A stretch of 63,054 bases of DNA, counting the filler, from Asterionella formosa (Eukaryota), in assembly GCA_002256025.1 (NCBI GenBank). It is 23 parts of 23 records of this genome, joined end to end, with 100 filler letters (N's around TTAATTAATTAA, not from the genome) between each part and the next. Parts side by side here need not be neighbours in the genome. Positions count along the whole stretch, not along the records: positions 11,795 to 37,860 come from NKIB01001859.1; 22 more parts are not named here. One strand, 5' to 3'. This document shows, one piece after another, positions 11,795 to 23,203 of this stretch. The translations under genes were made by a program, and so were the position numbers. The notes below the pieces were generated by a model, which saw only the letters and a list, made by a program, of their open reading frames with translations, was not told where the DNA came from and searched no databases. Each line of letters starts with the position of its first letter. The stretch's first letter is position 1.

Positions 11795-12640
11795 ACCCCT
11801 TATCGCTCTGGCCTGGTCTATGACCGCATTGTGCCTGATGGTGCTGAACTTTCCCCCAAAGCTCGCGCGGCCATTATTACACAATACCAGTCACTCATTG
11901 GGGCTCTCAATTGGCTGGCTGTCAGCACACGTCCTGATGTCTCTGTGGCCCTCACTCTCCTGGCTCAGCACAACTCCTATGCCACCCCTGCTCACCTTTT
12001 AGGTGCCAAGTATGTGTTACGATACCTGGCTGGCTCTGCCGATCATGGCATTGCCTTTACCTCGCAATTTGCTTCCTCATACCTCTCCACCACCTTTGGC
12101 TGGCCCAAGGACACTCCCACTCTCACCACTTACACCGATGCCAACTGGGGCCCCCAAGATGCTTCCAAACCCAACCCCACCGACATCATCTCTCTTGCCA
12201 AGTGTTGCTCCCTTCTTGGTTCCATCAGTACACGTACAGGTGGCCCCATTGCCTGGCATGTCATTCGTGAACCTCGTGTGAGCCGCAGTACCTGCGAATC
12301 TGAAATCAAATCTGCAGATGAGGGCACCAAGGTTACCCAATTCATCCGCCATATCCTTAGTGACCTCCACATGCCTGATGTCACTCTCCCCACCCCTCTT
12401 TGGAATGACAACCAAGGTGCTGTGGACTGGTCCCACAACTGTGCTAACAAAAAGATGCGGCATATTAATATCCGCAACATGGCTGTGCGCGACGCTCACC
12501 GTTTTTCCGAAATCTTTGTCACCCACCTCCCAGGGGATACCAATGTTGCTGATCTGTTCACCAAAGAACATAAAGATGATGCCCATTTTCTCCGCCTCCG
12601 CAATATTATTGTCCCGTCTCATGGGAATTTTCTCACTTGA
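11795..12640 (+). mobile_element. Ty1/copia (CoDi-like) RT C-terminus and RNase H, 5'-truncated
   Basis: YQSLIGALNWLAVSTRPDV, YTDANWGPQDAS, SRSTCESEIK, LWNDNQGAV, KKMRHINIR and NVADLFTKE. Confidence 0.95.
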
Positions 12641-12646
12641 GGGGGG

Positions 12647-12817
12647 TGTTGGTACCATATACCGGTTACTCCGTATATCCTACCAAGATTCCTGTAAGTG
12701 CTTAATTCCCGTGAGTACTGGTCCCTCTACAGCTAGTTAAATACTACTTTAGAATCTCAGTTCCTTGTTAATGTAGCTGCCGCTGGCATCCGTTGCAAGC
12801 GTTTCTCCCTCTCAACA
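12647..12817 (+). repeat. 3' LTR (171 bp) preceded by a polypurine tract
   Basis: GAGGGGGG overlaps the stop codon and is followed by TGTTG...CAACA inverted termini. Confidence 0.8.
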
Positions 12818-13347
12818 CACACACTTTTATCAGCCATTGTCTTCCTCATACCGGTATGTAGTGCTGGTGTCAATAGAACCAATAGTATATAAACACATGA
12901 ATATAAATATTCATCTCGGAATGGAAGTGGATCGGTGTTCGCACGATCACTGCAACGGAACTATTCGTAGTTAGATTAAAGTATTCGGATATGTATATAA
13001 ATTTAATTTGTACTTCCAGTACATGTGCACCATCTACCGTTATGGCAGCTTTACTAACACTTGGAATCATTGTGCCGGATATATACTGTATACCGGGGTA
13101 ATAAGGTATGGTCAAATCTACCGGTACTGGTACCCGTAATTGTCTAGTACCTTTCCAAATTGCTTGTTGCCTTCCATGATTGTTTATATACCCAGGATAC
13201 CTATATGAATATATTTTATAAAGGATGAATAAAGGGCAGAATCACACTTAATTCAGTTATGTCATTTTCATCATTGTCATTTTGAACTGCTGAGAGTAAA
13301 AGTCTCTGTTATTAACGAGACTGCAACCCAGCCAACTTCCATCCACC

Positions 13348-15828
13348 ATGGCCACGAAACAAGGCCTCACAGCCTCCATTTATCAGCAGACAGAAGACGC
13401 CAAACGTGCCATTGTTAGTCGTTCTAAAACATCGTCTTGGTTTTCAAACATTAATACCACTTGTACTATCAAATCGGCGCCACCCCGTACACCAGAAGTG
13501 TTGCAATTGTTGGCGTGTCAATCCGGATATTTGTTTAAACGTAACGAACAACATGTATGGCAATCTCGGTGGTGTTGTATTGTCCCACATCACTTTTTGT
13601 ATTACTTTGATGCGAGCGAAGGGGGAAGTGGAAGCGGTGGAAGTGGTGGAGAGTATCAACACGTTCTCACATCAGAGCAACAAGATGCACTCAATGCAGC
13701 GGTTAGTAACAGTGGACGGAAACAAACACAAGCGAGGTCATCACTCAATATCTTTGCACCAACAACAACTACTACTGTAACGACAGAACCAGAAGTGGTG
13801 GACAATACGAACAATGCCTCCTTCAAAACACTCCTACCATCGGGGATTATTGATTTGGAATGTTACACCAATGTCCACAGATCACCACAGAATCCTCTTT
13901 TATTAGAATTGGCTGGAGATGAATCACTCAATCCAGAATTGAGATCTTTCTACTTTGTTGCCAATGATGAAGAAACTAGTGAAGATTGGACCAGATCCAT
14001 TTTGTCGAAACGACATGCAGCATTGATGGATGAACGAGAGGCATATCGACAAGTGTGTGATGGATTTGCTGAACAACTACAAGAATTGCATGCCAATTTA
14101 GATGACATGGACAAGGACTTGAGTGATGCCAAGGATGAGAATTACAGAATTAGGAGTGTTAGTGAAGAAACAAGGAGGCAGATATTGCGAAAGGTGCAGA
14201 ATGTTTTGGAACGAGATACACCAGTGTTTCGACAAAAGCGGAGGGAGTATCGGATGGAACTGGAAACTGTACGAACTCAGGATTTGGGGGGGTTTGCAGC
14301 CGTGCAACTATTGAGTGATTACACAAATGAATTGGAAGTGGCCTGCACGGACTGGATGCAAAAGGCACAAGCCGCACAAGAGCAATTGCAACAGGGGGCG
14401 GATTTGGGGAATACGCGAACGAAGGAGTTGGAAGAGCTGCTACAAAAAAAGGAGGAAGAACACTTATCAGAAGTCGAAAACTTGAAAGCACAATTTCAAA
14501 GTGCTCTAGATAGATTGGTACATGCTCAAACTGCATTGCAAGACAAGCAACAGCAAGCACAATCGCAAAAAATGGAATTCACCATGTACCAGTCCAGTAT
14601 GAAAGCAAAGTTGTTGGAAGTCAATTCACATAAGAAAATTCTCAAAAAGGAAGTGATTGATTTGAGAGTCAAATTGGATGAAGTTGGAAGTGAGCTGTCT
14701 CTTTTGAAACACAACTCTAGCATGTCCAAAGAACAAGTTGATATTGAAAGGCGCAAGTCAGAACTACTAGAAAAATACGTCGAAAAAATGGAATCGCAAG
14801 TCAAGGTGCAGCAAAATATGATGGAAATCATGTCAGCGCACTCAGGATACGGTAGTCAATATGGTGCCGGCAGCGAAAGTGCCAGATCCCGGGGTGATCC
14901 GCCGGACGCAGTAGATACGAACAGGTACAATAACAATACCATCAACAACAATGGGTTTGGCTTTGATGGGTCATCACCAAGGAATGCAAGACCCAACAAG
15001 AAAAATGTAACCAAGACAGATCGCGTCGTCATGAATTCACCGTCCGGGATTGATGATGAGGATGACGATGATGGTATTGTAGAAACGCACTCACAAATGT
15101 TGCGTAAAGCAATGGCAGACGAAGACAATAAGTCGCATATGAGCGAGTTGACCGAAGATCGAACACACCGCCACTTGGATTATCCGGATGATGTCCTGTC
15201 GTTCTACCGCAAGCAAATGAAGCCACCTCCGTCGTATATAGGTGTGGAACATTTGGATGGGAACAACACAAACAATAATATGGACCACCGTGATACCATC
15301 AACTCTTCAGCTGTGTCGTTGCCTCCAACAACCCGCACGTCGTCGAGTGTTCCTCGACCACCACAAGCAGCAAATAATAGTGGAGACTCAGTGGGCTCAA
15401 GTAGCCGATTGAGTGTTGCAACACGTGCTCGTCTAGATGCAGAACGGGGGGTAACAAACCGAGTGCGAACACTACCATCAGGCCGATCCCCCCAAAAGCC
15501 AGCTAGATCGCATTCCCAACCATCATTTCTTGCGAGCCTTAGCAAACAAATATCGGAGGCAATTGATAATTCTGTCTTGGGCGTGCCAGATCCCATGTTG
15601 ACGGCAGAGTTGTATCGATCGCGTTCTCCAGAGTCGGTTCGGTCCGAAGCAGAATCAACGGATATTGGACCCAGTGATGTGTTGTCATCGGCTAGTACAA
15701 ATGATACGAGTCAATTGAGTTTGTCAGAACGGCAACAGTTGCAGCGAGCCAAGCAGATTGCTTTCTTGAAGGAACAAGGGCTTTTAAAGAGTGAAAATGG
15801 TACGAAAGGCGGAGCTGGAGGACGATGA
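13348..15828 (+). CDS. PH-domain and coiled-coil protein (826 aa, intronless)
   Basis: Split PH domain (SGYLFKRNEQHVWQSRWCCIVPHHFLYYFD...GIIDLECY...RSFYFVANDEETSEDWTRSI), then a long coiled coil and a disordered tail; CCACCATGG start context. Confidence 0.85.
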   Translation: MATKQGLTASIYQQTEDAKRAIVSRSKTSSWFSNINTTCTIKSAPPRTPEVLQLLACQSGYLFKRNEQHVWQSRWCCIVPHHFLYYFDASEGGSGSGGSGGEYQHVLTSEQQDALNAAVSNSGRKQTQARSSLNIFAPTTTTTVTTEPEVVDNTNNASFKTLLPSGIIDLECYTNVHRSPQNPLLLELAGDESLNPELRSFYFVANDEETSEDWTRSILSKRHAALMDEREAYRQVCDGFAEQLQELHANLDDMDKDLSDAKDENYRIRSVSEETRRQILRKVQNVLERDTPVFRQKRREYRMELETVRTQDLGGFAAVQLLSDYTNELEVACTDWMQKAQAAQEQLQQGADLGNTRTKELEELLQKKEEEHLSEVENLKAQFQSALDRLVHAQTALQDKQQQAQSQKMEFTMYQSSMKAKLLEVNSHKKILKKEVIDLRVKLDEVGSELSLLKHNSSMSKEQVDIERRKSELLEKYVEKMESQVKVQQNMMEIMSAHSGYGSQYGAGSESARSRGDPPDAVDTNRYNNNTINNNGFGFDGSSPRNARPNKKNVTKTDRVVMNSPSGIDDEDDDDGIVETHSQMLRKAMADEDNKSHMSELTEDRTHRHLDYPDDVLSFYRKQMKPPPSYIGVEHLDGNNTNNNMDHRDTINSSAVSLPPTTRTSSSVPRPPQAANNSGDSVGSSSRLSVATRARLDAERGVTNRVRTLPSGRSPQKPARSHSQPSFLASLSKQISEAIDNSVLGVPDPMLTAELYRSRSPESVRSEAESTDIGPSDVLSSASTNDTSQLSLSERQQLQRAKQIAFLKEQGLLKSENGTKGGAGGR

Positions 15829-16889
15829 TTCAATAGTCAGGCCAGAGCCGGAAATATGATTTGAAAGCAAGACAATCGTGCACCCTGCACAACACCCAAA
15901 CACGTATTGCATGTACACTGCTATTTTGTAAGACTCCCCCTCCCAGCCTACCGGTACTACTTTTAGCAACTACTATATGCATACAGTAGCAGTATGGTAT
16001 CCTTCAAATTATACATATTAGATCACACCCTGTCCTTTGGTCAATTCACAATGATGGTAGTCTCTAATTTACGAACACCGCAAATCATGAATTCATCGAA
16101 AAAATTATAACAATAACTTTCAAACATCAGTCATGGAGATGCAAGGAAAAATTTTATACAAAGAATCATACAAACAACAAATTGTTAGTAAGTTACCGTA
16201 CATTCCTCAACATCATGTTACTATTATTACCCCCCGTCGCCTCCTCACACAAATGAATTGACATGCATACCGGTAGTCCTGTAGAGTATACACAATAAGG
16301 TACCCTTTCTCTACTACTGGTATCAGAGTGGTGATTCATACAAGGAGAAGGATTTAACATAAAACACAGCACGTAGAAGCATGACAACGTTCAACTGTTC
16401 GTCTGACCTTAATTTAACATCGGAAGTGGCTTTGGCGGCTGAGGTTCCCCCCATTATCGCGCCTTCGACTGTACTCGCCAGTGGCGTGATGCACCCATGA
16501 TTTTCGCACTTGTACAATAGTGTTTATATTTATTCCTGATTCTTCAAATGTTATGCTGAATGGTTTACGACAATGCTCTAGGATGTTAGGCTCGCAAATG
16601 GGTATTTCTATATACCTACGATTTGAACCTCAAACCACAAGAATAATCCATGGATATATTCAATATTACATTAACCATTATATTCCATAGAATTCTGTCC
16701 ATTCGAAAGGATCAATGACAGATGCCTTCGCCATCTCGCAGTCGGGTCAAAAAATGTATTCATGTGAAATAAAAAAGTTGCTTGATACATGATCTTCTTC
16801 ATTTAAAGAAAAGCCTTTTAAAAGGAAGGATAGAAGTATTTCATATGCAGTTGCTTGATTAGTGAGCTTCTTCATTTATAGAAGGTCTT

Positions 16890-17132
16890 CTAAAAGGAAG
16901 GATAACAGTACGAATTGGTAATGTCTCCAAGTGGATGACGAGACCGCTTGTTCTCGTTTGGATTTATTGATGCGTCGTCATCCCAAGTTCGTTTCCTCAC
17001 AAGGGGAATAATAGTGCTGTCCGCGATTGATGATGATGGGACTTGATTCGTTGTTGTAGCAGGAATCGACCACAAAGGTTGACTTATGGTAGGTTGCCAG
17101 AGGTATTCATTGGTAACTTGTTGTTGCGCCAT
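16890..17132 (-). CDS. Small orphan protein A1 (80 aa) with a bipartite NLS-like motif and a D-box; paralog of 31061-31318
   Basis: Shares QPT..P.WS, TTTNQ, IPLVRKRT..DDAS and KR.R.PLGDITN with A2; ACAATGG start context. Confidence 0.7.
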   Translation of the reverse strand: MAQQQVTNEYLWQPTISQPLWSIPATTTNQVPSSSIADSTIIPLVRKRTWDDDASINPNENKRSRHPLGDITNSYCYPSF

Positions 17133-18847
17133 TGTAAAAGAGTTGAATTTCGAAGTAGAATGAGGAAGGGAAGTATGCTTCGGTAAGAAGGGTGAAAACA
17201 GAATAAAATAGTGAGTATATTAAAACTTGCCAACTATGCCGCATGGATGCCCAAATCATGTGACCAACACATGCGCTTTGCACGACAAGAATAACTACAG
17301 AAATATACACGACCCTTGGTATCGCTAACCACGAAATCGGCGCAGCCCGATTCTCTCTTTCGTATTGGATGCAGTCTTGGGAAGGTTCGCGCTTCATTAT
17401 CCAACATACCGATTCAGTCCCATGTAGCAGAACTCGCCAAATCTACGGACACCAGAAAATACACACCGATAGCTCGCTTCCCCCGCTCAACTGTTGGATC
17501 TGCCCTTGGCACGTAAGGCCATCATGATGAATGTCTATCGTATAAAAGTATCTGGTACCAGGTACCAGGTACCGTCAAAGGAACCCGAGAAAGTTTTTGC
17601 CTGCCGATGGACAGACAGAGAGTGATAATTTTCTGTTTTCGTGTGGTGGTCATCCCAACAAGCATACCGGTATTTAATGTGGTGAACCGTTATATACCGG
17701 TCGACTGTACCAAGGTTACCGATATTTATGGTTGTCCGGAATTTCCAAGTGAACAGCCATAATGAAAGCTTTTAAAAGGTCACGTACCCTCGTATTACCT
17801 AGGTCTGACCTATTGTACTACCTGTACTCCCAGGAGTACTATCTTTTGCTGCTAGCCGTCGTGTTAGTTTTCACTATTACCCTTACTCTGTCAATTCTCA
17901 CTATTTTTTAATTACTTATTTTGTGAGCCTCTTAATCTAAAATCCAATTTCAAACCCATTCTTGGCATTGCACAACACACTTTGAGAAGCTGTTTTTTGT
18001 GTTCCCTTTTCACTGATGCAATCCTTCTTCAGATTGAACTAAACATCAATCTTGTTAGCAAGCTTCTTGACATCATAGGAACTCACCATTGACTCCTCAT
18101 TGGACTATAGTCGAGTCCAGCCACAGTCCTTGTGACTTGTTGTTATAGCCATCGATGCTATATTCTTGACAACCGGTATGTATTTTGCCATTCAAGCTGG
18201 GGGTTATAGGGTTTACATGCATTGAAAGCATGAACAGTGCTCTCCTTTTGCATCGTTGCTACAATTCAGCCAGTCTCTAGCCATTTTGTTTAGAAAATCA
18301 ATTGGTTGCAGTCTTTGGTACTATCAGCCAGTCTGACTTGGAGATGGGCAATGAAACAAGGGAATCTAGTAGCAAATGATTGGACCATTTTGGCTCATCC
18401 CCGCATTTTGGAAAGAGTTTGTTCATGCGGAAAACCTGAATCCTTGCATTCCCTTACACTGAAAATTAGTAGCGCTAAAACAAAGTGGTGTGCTTTCAAT
18501 GTATCATAATGCTAAAATCACACATTCAGTGAGTTGAATCATTTGATAGGACTTCTTGTACCAGGCAGGTAGTAGTCATCATTGGTATGAACCAGTAGGC
18601 ACATTCTTGCCAGTGAGATTTAAATGTGTTAGTAATGTGTGTTGGTCCATTTGGGCAATGCCTGTAGGCATATATAGCTCATGATGGATTATATGTGTCA
18701 TGGCTTAACTACATTGCTATATTGAGATGTTTGCATGCTCATGTACTTGTAAATATTTTGGTCAAATGTCGCAATAAGCATCCTCACTACCAATACTGGT
18801 AGTTAATTTCCCCCATGTGTGTTGTACTAGTACATAGTATGTAGAGA

Positions 18848-19108
18848 ATGAAAAGGCGGGCGGTTCTTGGAACAAGCCGAATTTCTCATTGCAGCTTCAA
18901 GGAAAATGGCGACCATGATAGAACAACAAGCAATAACACATTTCAGCCACAAGTCGCTCCAGTAGACTGGAACCAAACAACACTCAACATCCAGGCCTAT
19001 GACCACCTGCAAGACACCACACCAGCAGTTTCAACAACAATCCCACCAGCTCAGAACATTGATAGCAAATTTTTTCCACAACTACTCCTGCATGAGGGGG
19101 AGGAGTGA
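18848..19108 (+). CDS. Possible small orphan protein (86 aa) with RxxL and KEN motifs
   Basis: Begins MKRRAVLGTSRISHCSFKENG with an ATG start. No paralog supports it. Confidence 0.3.
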   Translation: MKRRAVLGTSRISHCSFKENGDHDRTTSNNTFQPQVAPVDWNQTTLNIQAYDHLQDTTPAVSTTIPPAQNIDSKFFPQLLLHEGEE

Positions 19109-19946
19109 CCACCATGAAAACCTCCACTGTTCTCTCTCGACTTCGGAGCAAGGGTTACCTATCTAAATCGGTGCTGGTACATAGAGATATTTATCATAAA
19201 AAAGCCCATTCCAATACTTACGTCCTTTGTCTTTATCAATCACGACATGGTGTATATATACATGTATTGTCTTGATGACAAAATGAGCTTCAAATATTAA
19301 TGACTTTATTACTGTATTTCATTTTAATTGTTCCTATGCAGCATGACATAATTGTTACAAGTGATCACAGCGACGACATGTGGAGTTATTTAATAGTGGT
19401 GCCGAAACGCTCATAATTATTTACGGGGGGGGGAAGGGGGCAACACAAAAAACTTCACTTTTAGTACAAGCCAAATCGTTATGACATTTATCAATTAGTT
19501 CGAATTGCGCGGTTGAATCATAATGGTGCCGGTAAAATGATAAATTAAACTGCAGTAATGTTACCGCCAGTAAGTACTACTGTGTACTTCGTACTGTACA
19601 ATGTATGTATAGTCGTGCTGGTTTGGAGCGAGATGTAGAAAAATTAAAAAAGTATGATACTGGTACTATAGGTACATGGGACACTGACATAATAGGTACA
19701 GACAGAGCGTAACGAGAGAAGCACAAGTTATAGGAACGCGAAGCTAACTCTCGTCGCTTGCGTCGTTGGCCCTTGCTTAGAATCACACTTGTGGGAAAAC
19801 CAGTTGTTAAATTCGCAATTATAGTATTGCTTAGCCCCCCTTCGTGCACTCTTCAAGATCTAAAACAAACGCCAATCAATCCAATCAAGCAGTAGTGAAG
19901 ATACTATTTATTTATTACAGTTTGGATATCGGTAGTCACAAGAACA

Positions 19947-20948
19947 ATGGCGCGATATCGCCATTCAGCTTCGTGCACATCAGTTGATACGGACGAGTCG
20001 GAAGTGGACTTGTATGCTGTGGTGGAAGGCCGAGCTAGGTCCAAGCCGTCCACGTCGTCGCGTTTAGAAGAGGAACTGGATGATCTGGAACGAAAAGGTC
20101 GTGCCGCTATTAAGCATCGAAATGTTGAATGGAGGTCTCATAGCAGACGCTTGGACGGTCGCGGAACGGAAAATGATCTTGTTGTACCACACACTGAAGA
20201 TGCTCTGTTGCATAGAGTCATAGTCTCTATTAACAGCAGGAGCAACAACAATAACAGTAACAGAAATCCTACATGCCATGCTCATCGTCAAAGGCAGCAG
20301 CGTCCTAGTACTACCGATTCAAAGTCTCCCAGAACTACTGAGGCAGATCGAGGCGTGTTGCAACTGTCTCTAAAACACTCTCGCAGAGATATGGCTGTTG
20401 TTACTCCCAATGCAACTGCTGCTGTGCTACAGAAGCATCGAACGTTCATCAAGGACGAAGACTTCCATCATAAGCCTTCCGGTGTGATGGGCAATGGCGG
20501 AAGGAGGGAGACTGTGCGACCAAGATCGCTCTCTACATCAGAATCATCAAGTCGTGCAATCATGATGAAAAAACATGGATTGGTGTCGAAAAGTCATTCA
20601 AACTTTGAAGCAGCCACCAAATACAATAACACACATAGTGCTACTAGACGTGACCATGCTCCTCGTCAGCGATCCATGAGCTTTACTACGAAATCTCAGT
20701 ATCAAAGTACAAAGGATACATCTCACTGTCCCCCCAACATTCACTTGGCCACCACAACCACCACCAAGTCGATCGCCTCCTCAGGGGTTCAAAAGTCAGT
20801 TGTGCCACAAGTTACTCCTAATCGAGGATTCTTCATTGGTACATTCATTGGTCGACATTCAAAACAAAGTCCTGATGGTCGTCAAAAACAGCAGCAATGG
20901 AAGACTGACAAGGAAAAAGCATACATAAATTCATTATTTCAAAAGTAA
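19947..20948 (+). CDS. Ser/Arg-rich disordered orphan protein B1 (333 aa); paralog of 31844-33184
   Basis: Long ATG ORF sharing DLYAV(V/I)EGRARSKPS and a C-terminal TD..K.Y...LF motif with B2. Confidence 0.75.
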   Translation: MARYRHSASCTSVDTDESEVDLYAVVEGRARSKPSTSSRLEEELDDLERKGRAAIKHRNVEWRSHSRRLDGRGTENDLVVPHTEDALLHRVIVSINSRSNNNNSNRNPTCHAHRQRQQRPSTTDSKSPRTTEADRGVLQLSLKHSRRDMAVVTPNATAAVLQKHRTFIKDEDFHHKPSGVMGNGGRRETVRPRSLSTSESSSRAIMMKKHGLVSKSHSNFEAATKYNNTHSATRRDHAPRQRSMSFTTKSQYQSTKDTSHCPPNIHLATTTTTKSIASSGVQKSVVPQVTPNRGFFIGTFIGRHSKQSPDGRQKQQQWKTDKEKAYINSLFQK

Positions 20949-21848
20949 AATAAATATCATGATCATTATATGTATGATTCATGTGCTGGTACTTGATATA
21001 TTAATAACTATCACTGACTATTATGACAATTAGCTATTGATTCATAATTCAGTTGCTCAAAAATGAATCATTGCTCACAATTTCCAATTAAGTATGCATG
21101 AGGTATTCTAACGCACATATCAATGGCCAAGGGGGAATCTCATTTGAATAGCTCCTATAAAAGTCACAGCCGCCAGCCAGCCAGCCAGCCAGAACAACAA
21201 CAACAGCAGAACGGCAGTTTCCATTTAAGAAAACATCTATACATCTCTAAGTCAGGGAATTTATTCGATGGACAATGAAAAGAAATGATTGATTGCCTTT
21301 CTGATCCAGCCATAGCACTTCATTCTTCCTACACCGGCTCACAATACATTTGCTAATTTTCTGCAGGCAATGCGCCTCACAAGACATTTGCTAATCTTCT
21401 GTAGGCAATGCGCCACCGTCCATTTGTGTGGCCGTTTGTTGAGTGCTCTGATCGCTTGCACCTCATTCAATGTTGCTTTATAATCCATAACTTTCTTATT
21501 CGCTTTCTCACTCTCCTTCTGCTCTGCTCTTCTTTTCTCCTAGTCATATCGTCAAGTGCTTCCGCTCCCAGTTTAAAGCGTCCAGTCGCCACATAAAGTC
21601 CTGCCATGCCATAAATATACCTTTTATTTTGCGCGATCGCCAATAGCGCCAACTGGCAAGCCATCTGATCAAGATTGATGCCGACCACATGCTTGTGGTG
21701 CTGGAGTCCCCCCCCCCCTCTCACCGGAAAGTTGTGTTTGTTGAGTCTCATGCTGTTCCGGTCTATTGGCTAGATTATTGTTTCTCACACTGCTGTGTTT
21801 ATCTGCATTACATGTATCTGGTGTCAAAGTGGACGATGCAGTAGTGGT

Positions 21849-21950
21849 GGCTCTGGTTCCAAAGGTAAGTGTACTGCTAGTTTCGATTTGTTCTGCTGGG
21901 GAGCAATCCAATAGCACTATAGAATTCAAACCCCCTACTACTGGATCTTT
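21849..21950 (-). pseudogene. Kinesin motor C-terminal fragment (degenerate)
   Basis: KDPVVGGLNSIVLLDCSPAEQIETSSTLTFGTRA resembles the kinesin consensus DSLGGNSKT..I.C.SP....ETLSTL.F..RA. Confidence 0.5.
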
Positions 21951-23203
21951 GTTGTCATTATTCAATTTCTTCACAGTATACTTCACCATTTCTTTTGTTA
22001 ACCACGTTTTTGTGTCAACTTTGTCTGCTACTTATAATCTAGATAGCAATAGCGCCACTTGGTAAAACAACTCCTCCACCGCTAGCCTTTCTAGCGTCTA
22101 CTTCTCTGACATTGTTGTTTAGTAGAACAAGCTTTACTAAATCCTTATCTAGAGACTTACAAATAATTCTGTACTTGCTCGAGGTTTGGTACTTCTTCGG
22201 TTAATTACACTAAGTTGTAAGATCCGGAGAAATGAAAACGTGGTATATTGTGATGGTCTCAAGAGCATTACAGAATGCATCTATGTTGACAGTAGAAAAT
22301 CACTAAATTGCCAAGGTGCGAACTAGTGTGCATGTTTTCATTGGGATGTCGCACACAATCACGCCGTAATTATCATCCAACAAAAGAAAAAAGCGGCCCC
22401 GGCTTAACCCTAGTTTGGAGAAAATATCACTAGGGTTGTAAAAACGGCTTGGAACAGGGAGTTTTCTACTATGAATTCCCATGATTCGAGTGTCGATTTG
22501 AATATTTGAATTAAATAGGAATCGGCGCCAGATTGATAGAGTTCCATTCAAACAAACTAAAATGATATTAAAACGTTTATACTATATCAGCATTGCTGGA
22601 TGTAAACATTGTTCTGCTCAATGCAAAAACACATGTATAAATCAGGTGTTAAATTCTTCTGCAGTCTGACTGAAATGCTAGCTCTTTCTAGACAAGCTCA
22701 GTGTATTAAAACCTTCTGTTCTAATCCCACCTTATTGTGAGCTTATTTGATCTATCTTGTAATCGTTCACATGACCAATTATTAAGGTTCTCTTCCCAAA
22801 TTTGTATATAGATATTCATTGTGTTGTTAGACATTCAATTCTCAACTGACAACTCAACTCCACTCACTTAGTAGAACAATCGTGAATATTCAATGCTATC
22901 TGCATTGCATATATACCTTTCCTTCATTGAAATATTGATTACTTAGAACATTCTCCATTCGAATATTTACCTTGGTTTGCTGATATAGTTCTTGGCAATC
23001 AATGCTGTTCAAATTCTCACAGCATTTCAATACAGGATTTTGGCTGGAATATTATTCAAGATTGATTAGTTCGACTGAATTAATATGCACGCAGTACTAA
23101 ATCTTGACACAGGAGCACCCCGACATGTACGCTCATCGTTCGTGTTTATACGTTGCATTGAACCTACCCTACTGTATGTAGGCTAAATAAAAATCAGTAC
23201 GGT

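Noticed and set aside
17900..18800. Coding-like degenerate stretch on the minus strand
   Set aside because: Many stops and no motif I could recognise, so it is left unannotated.
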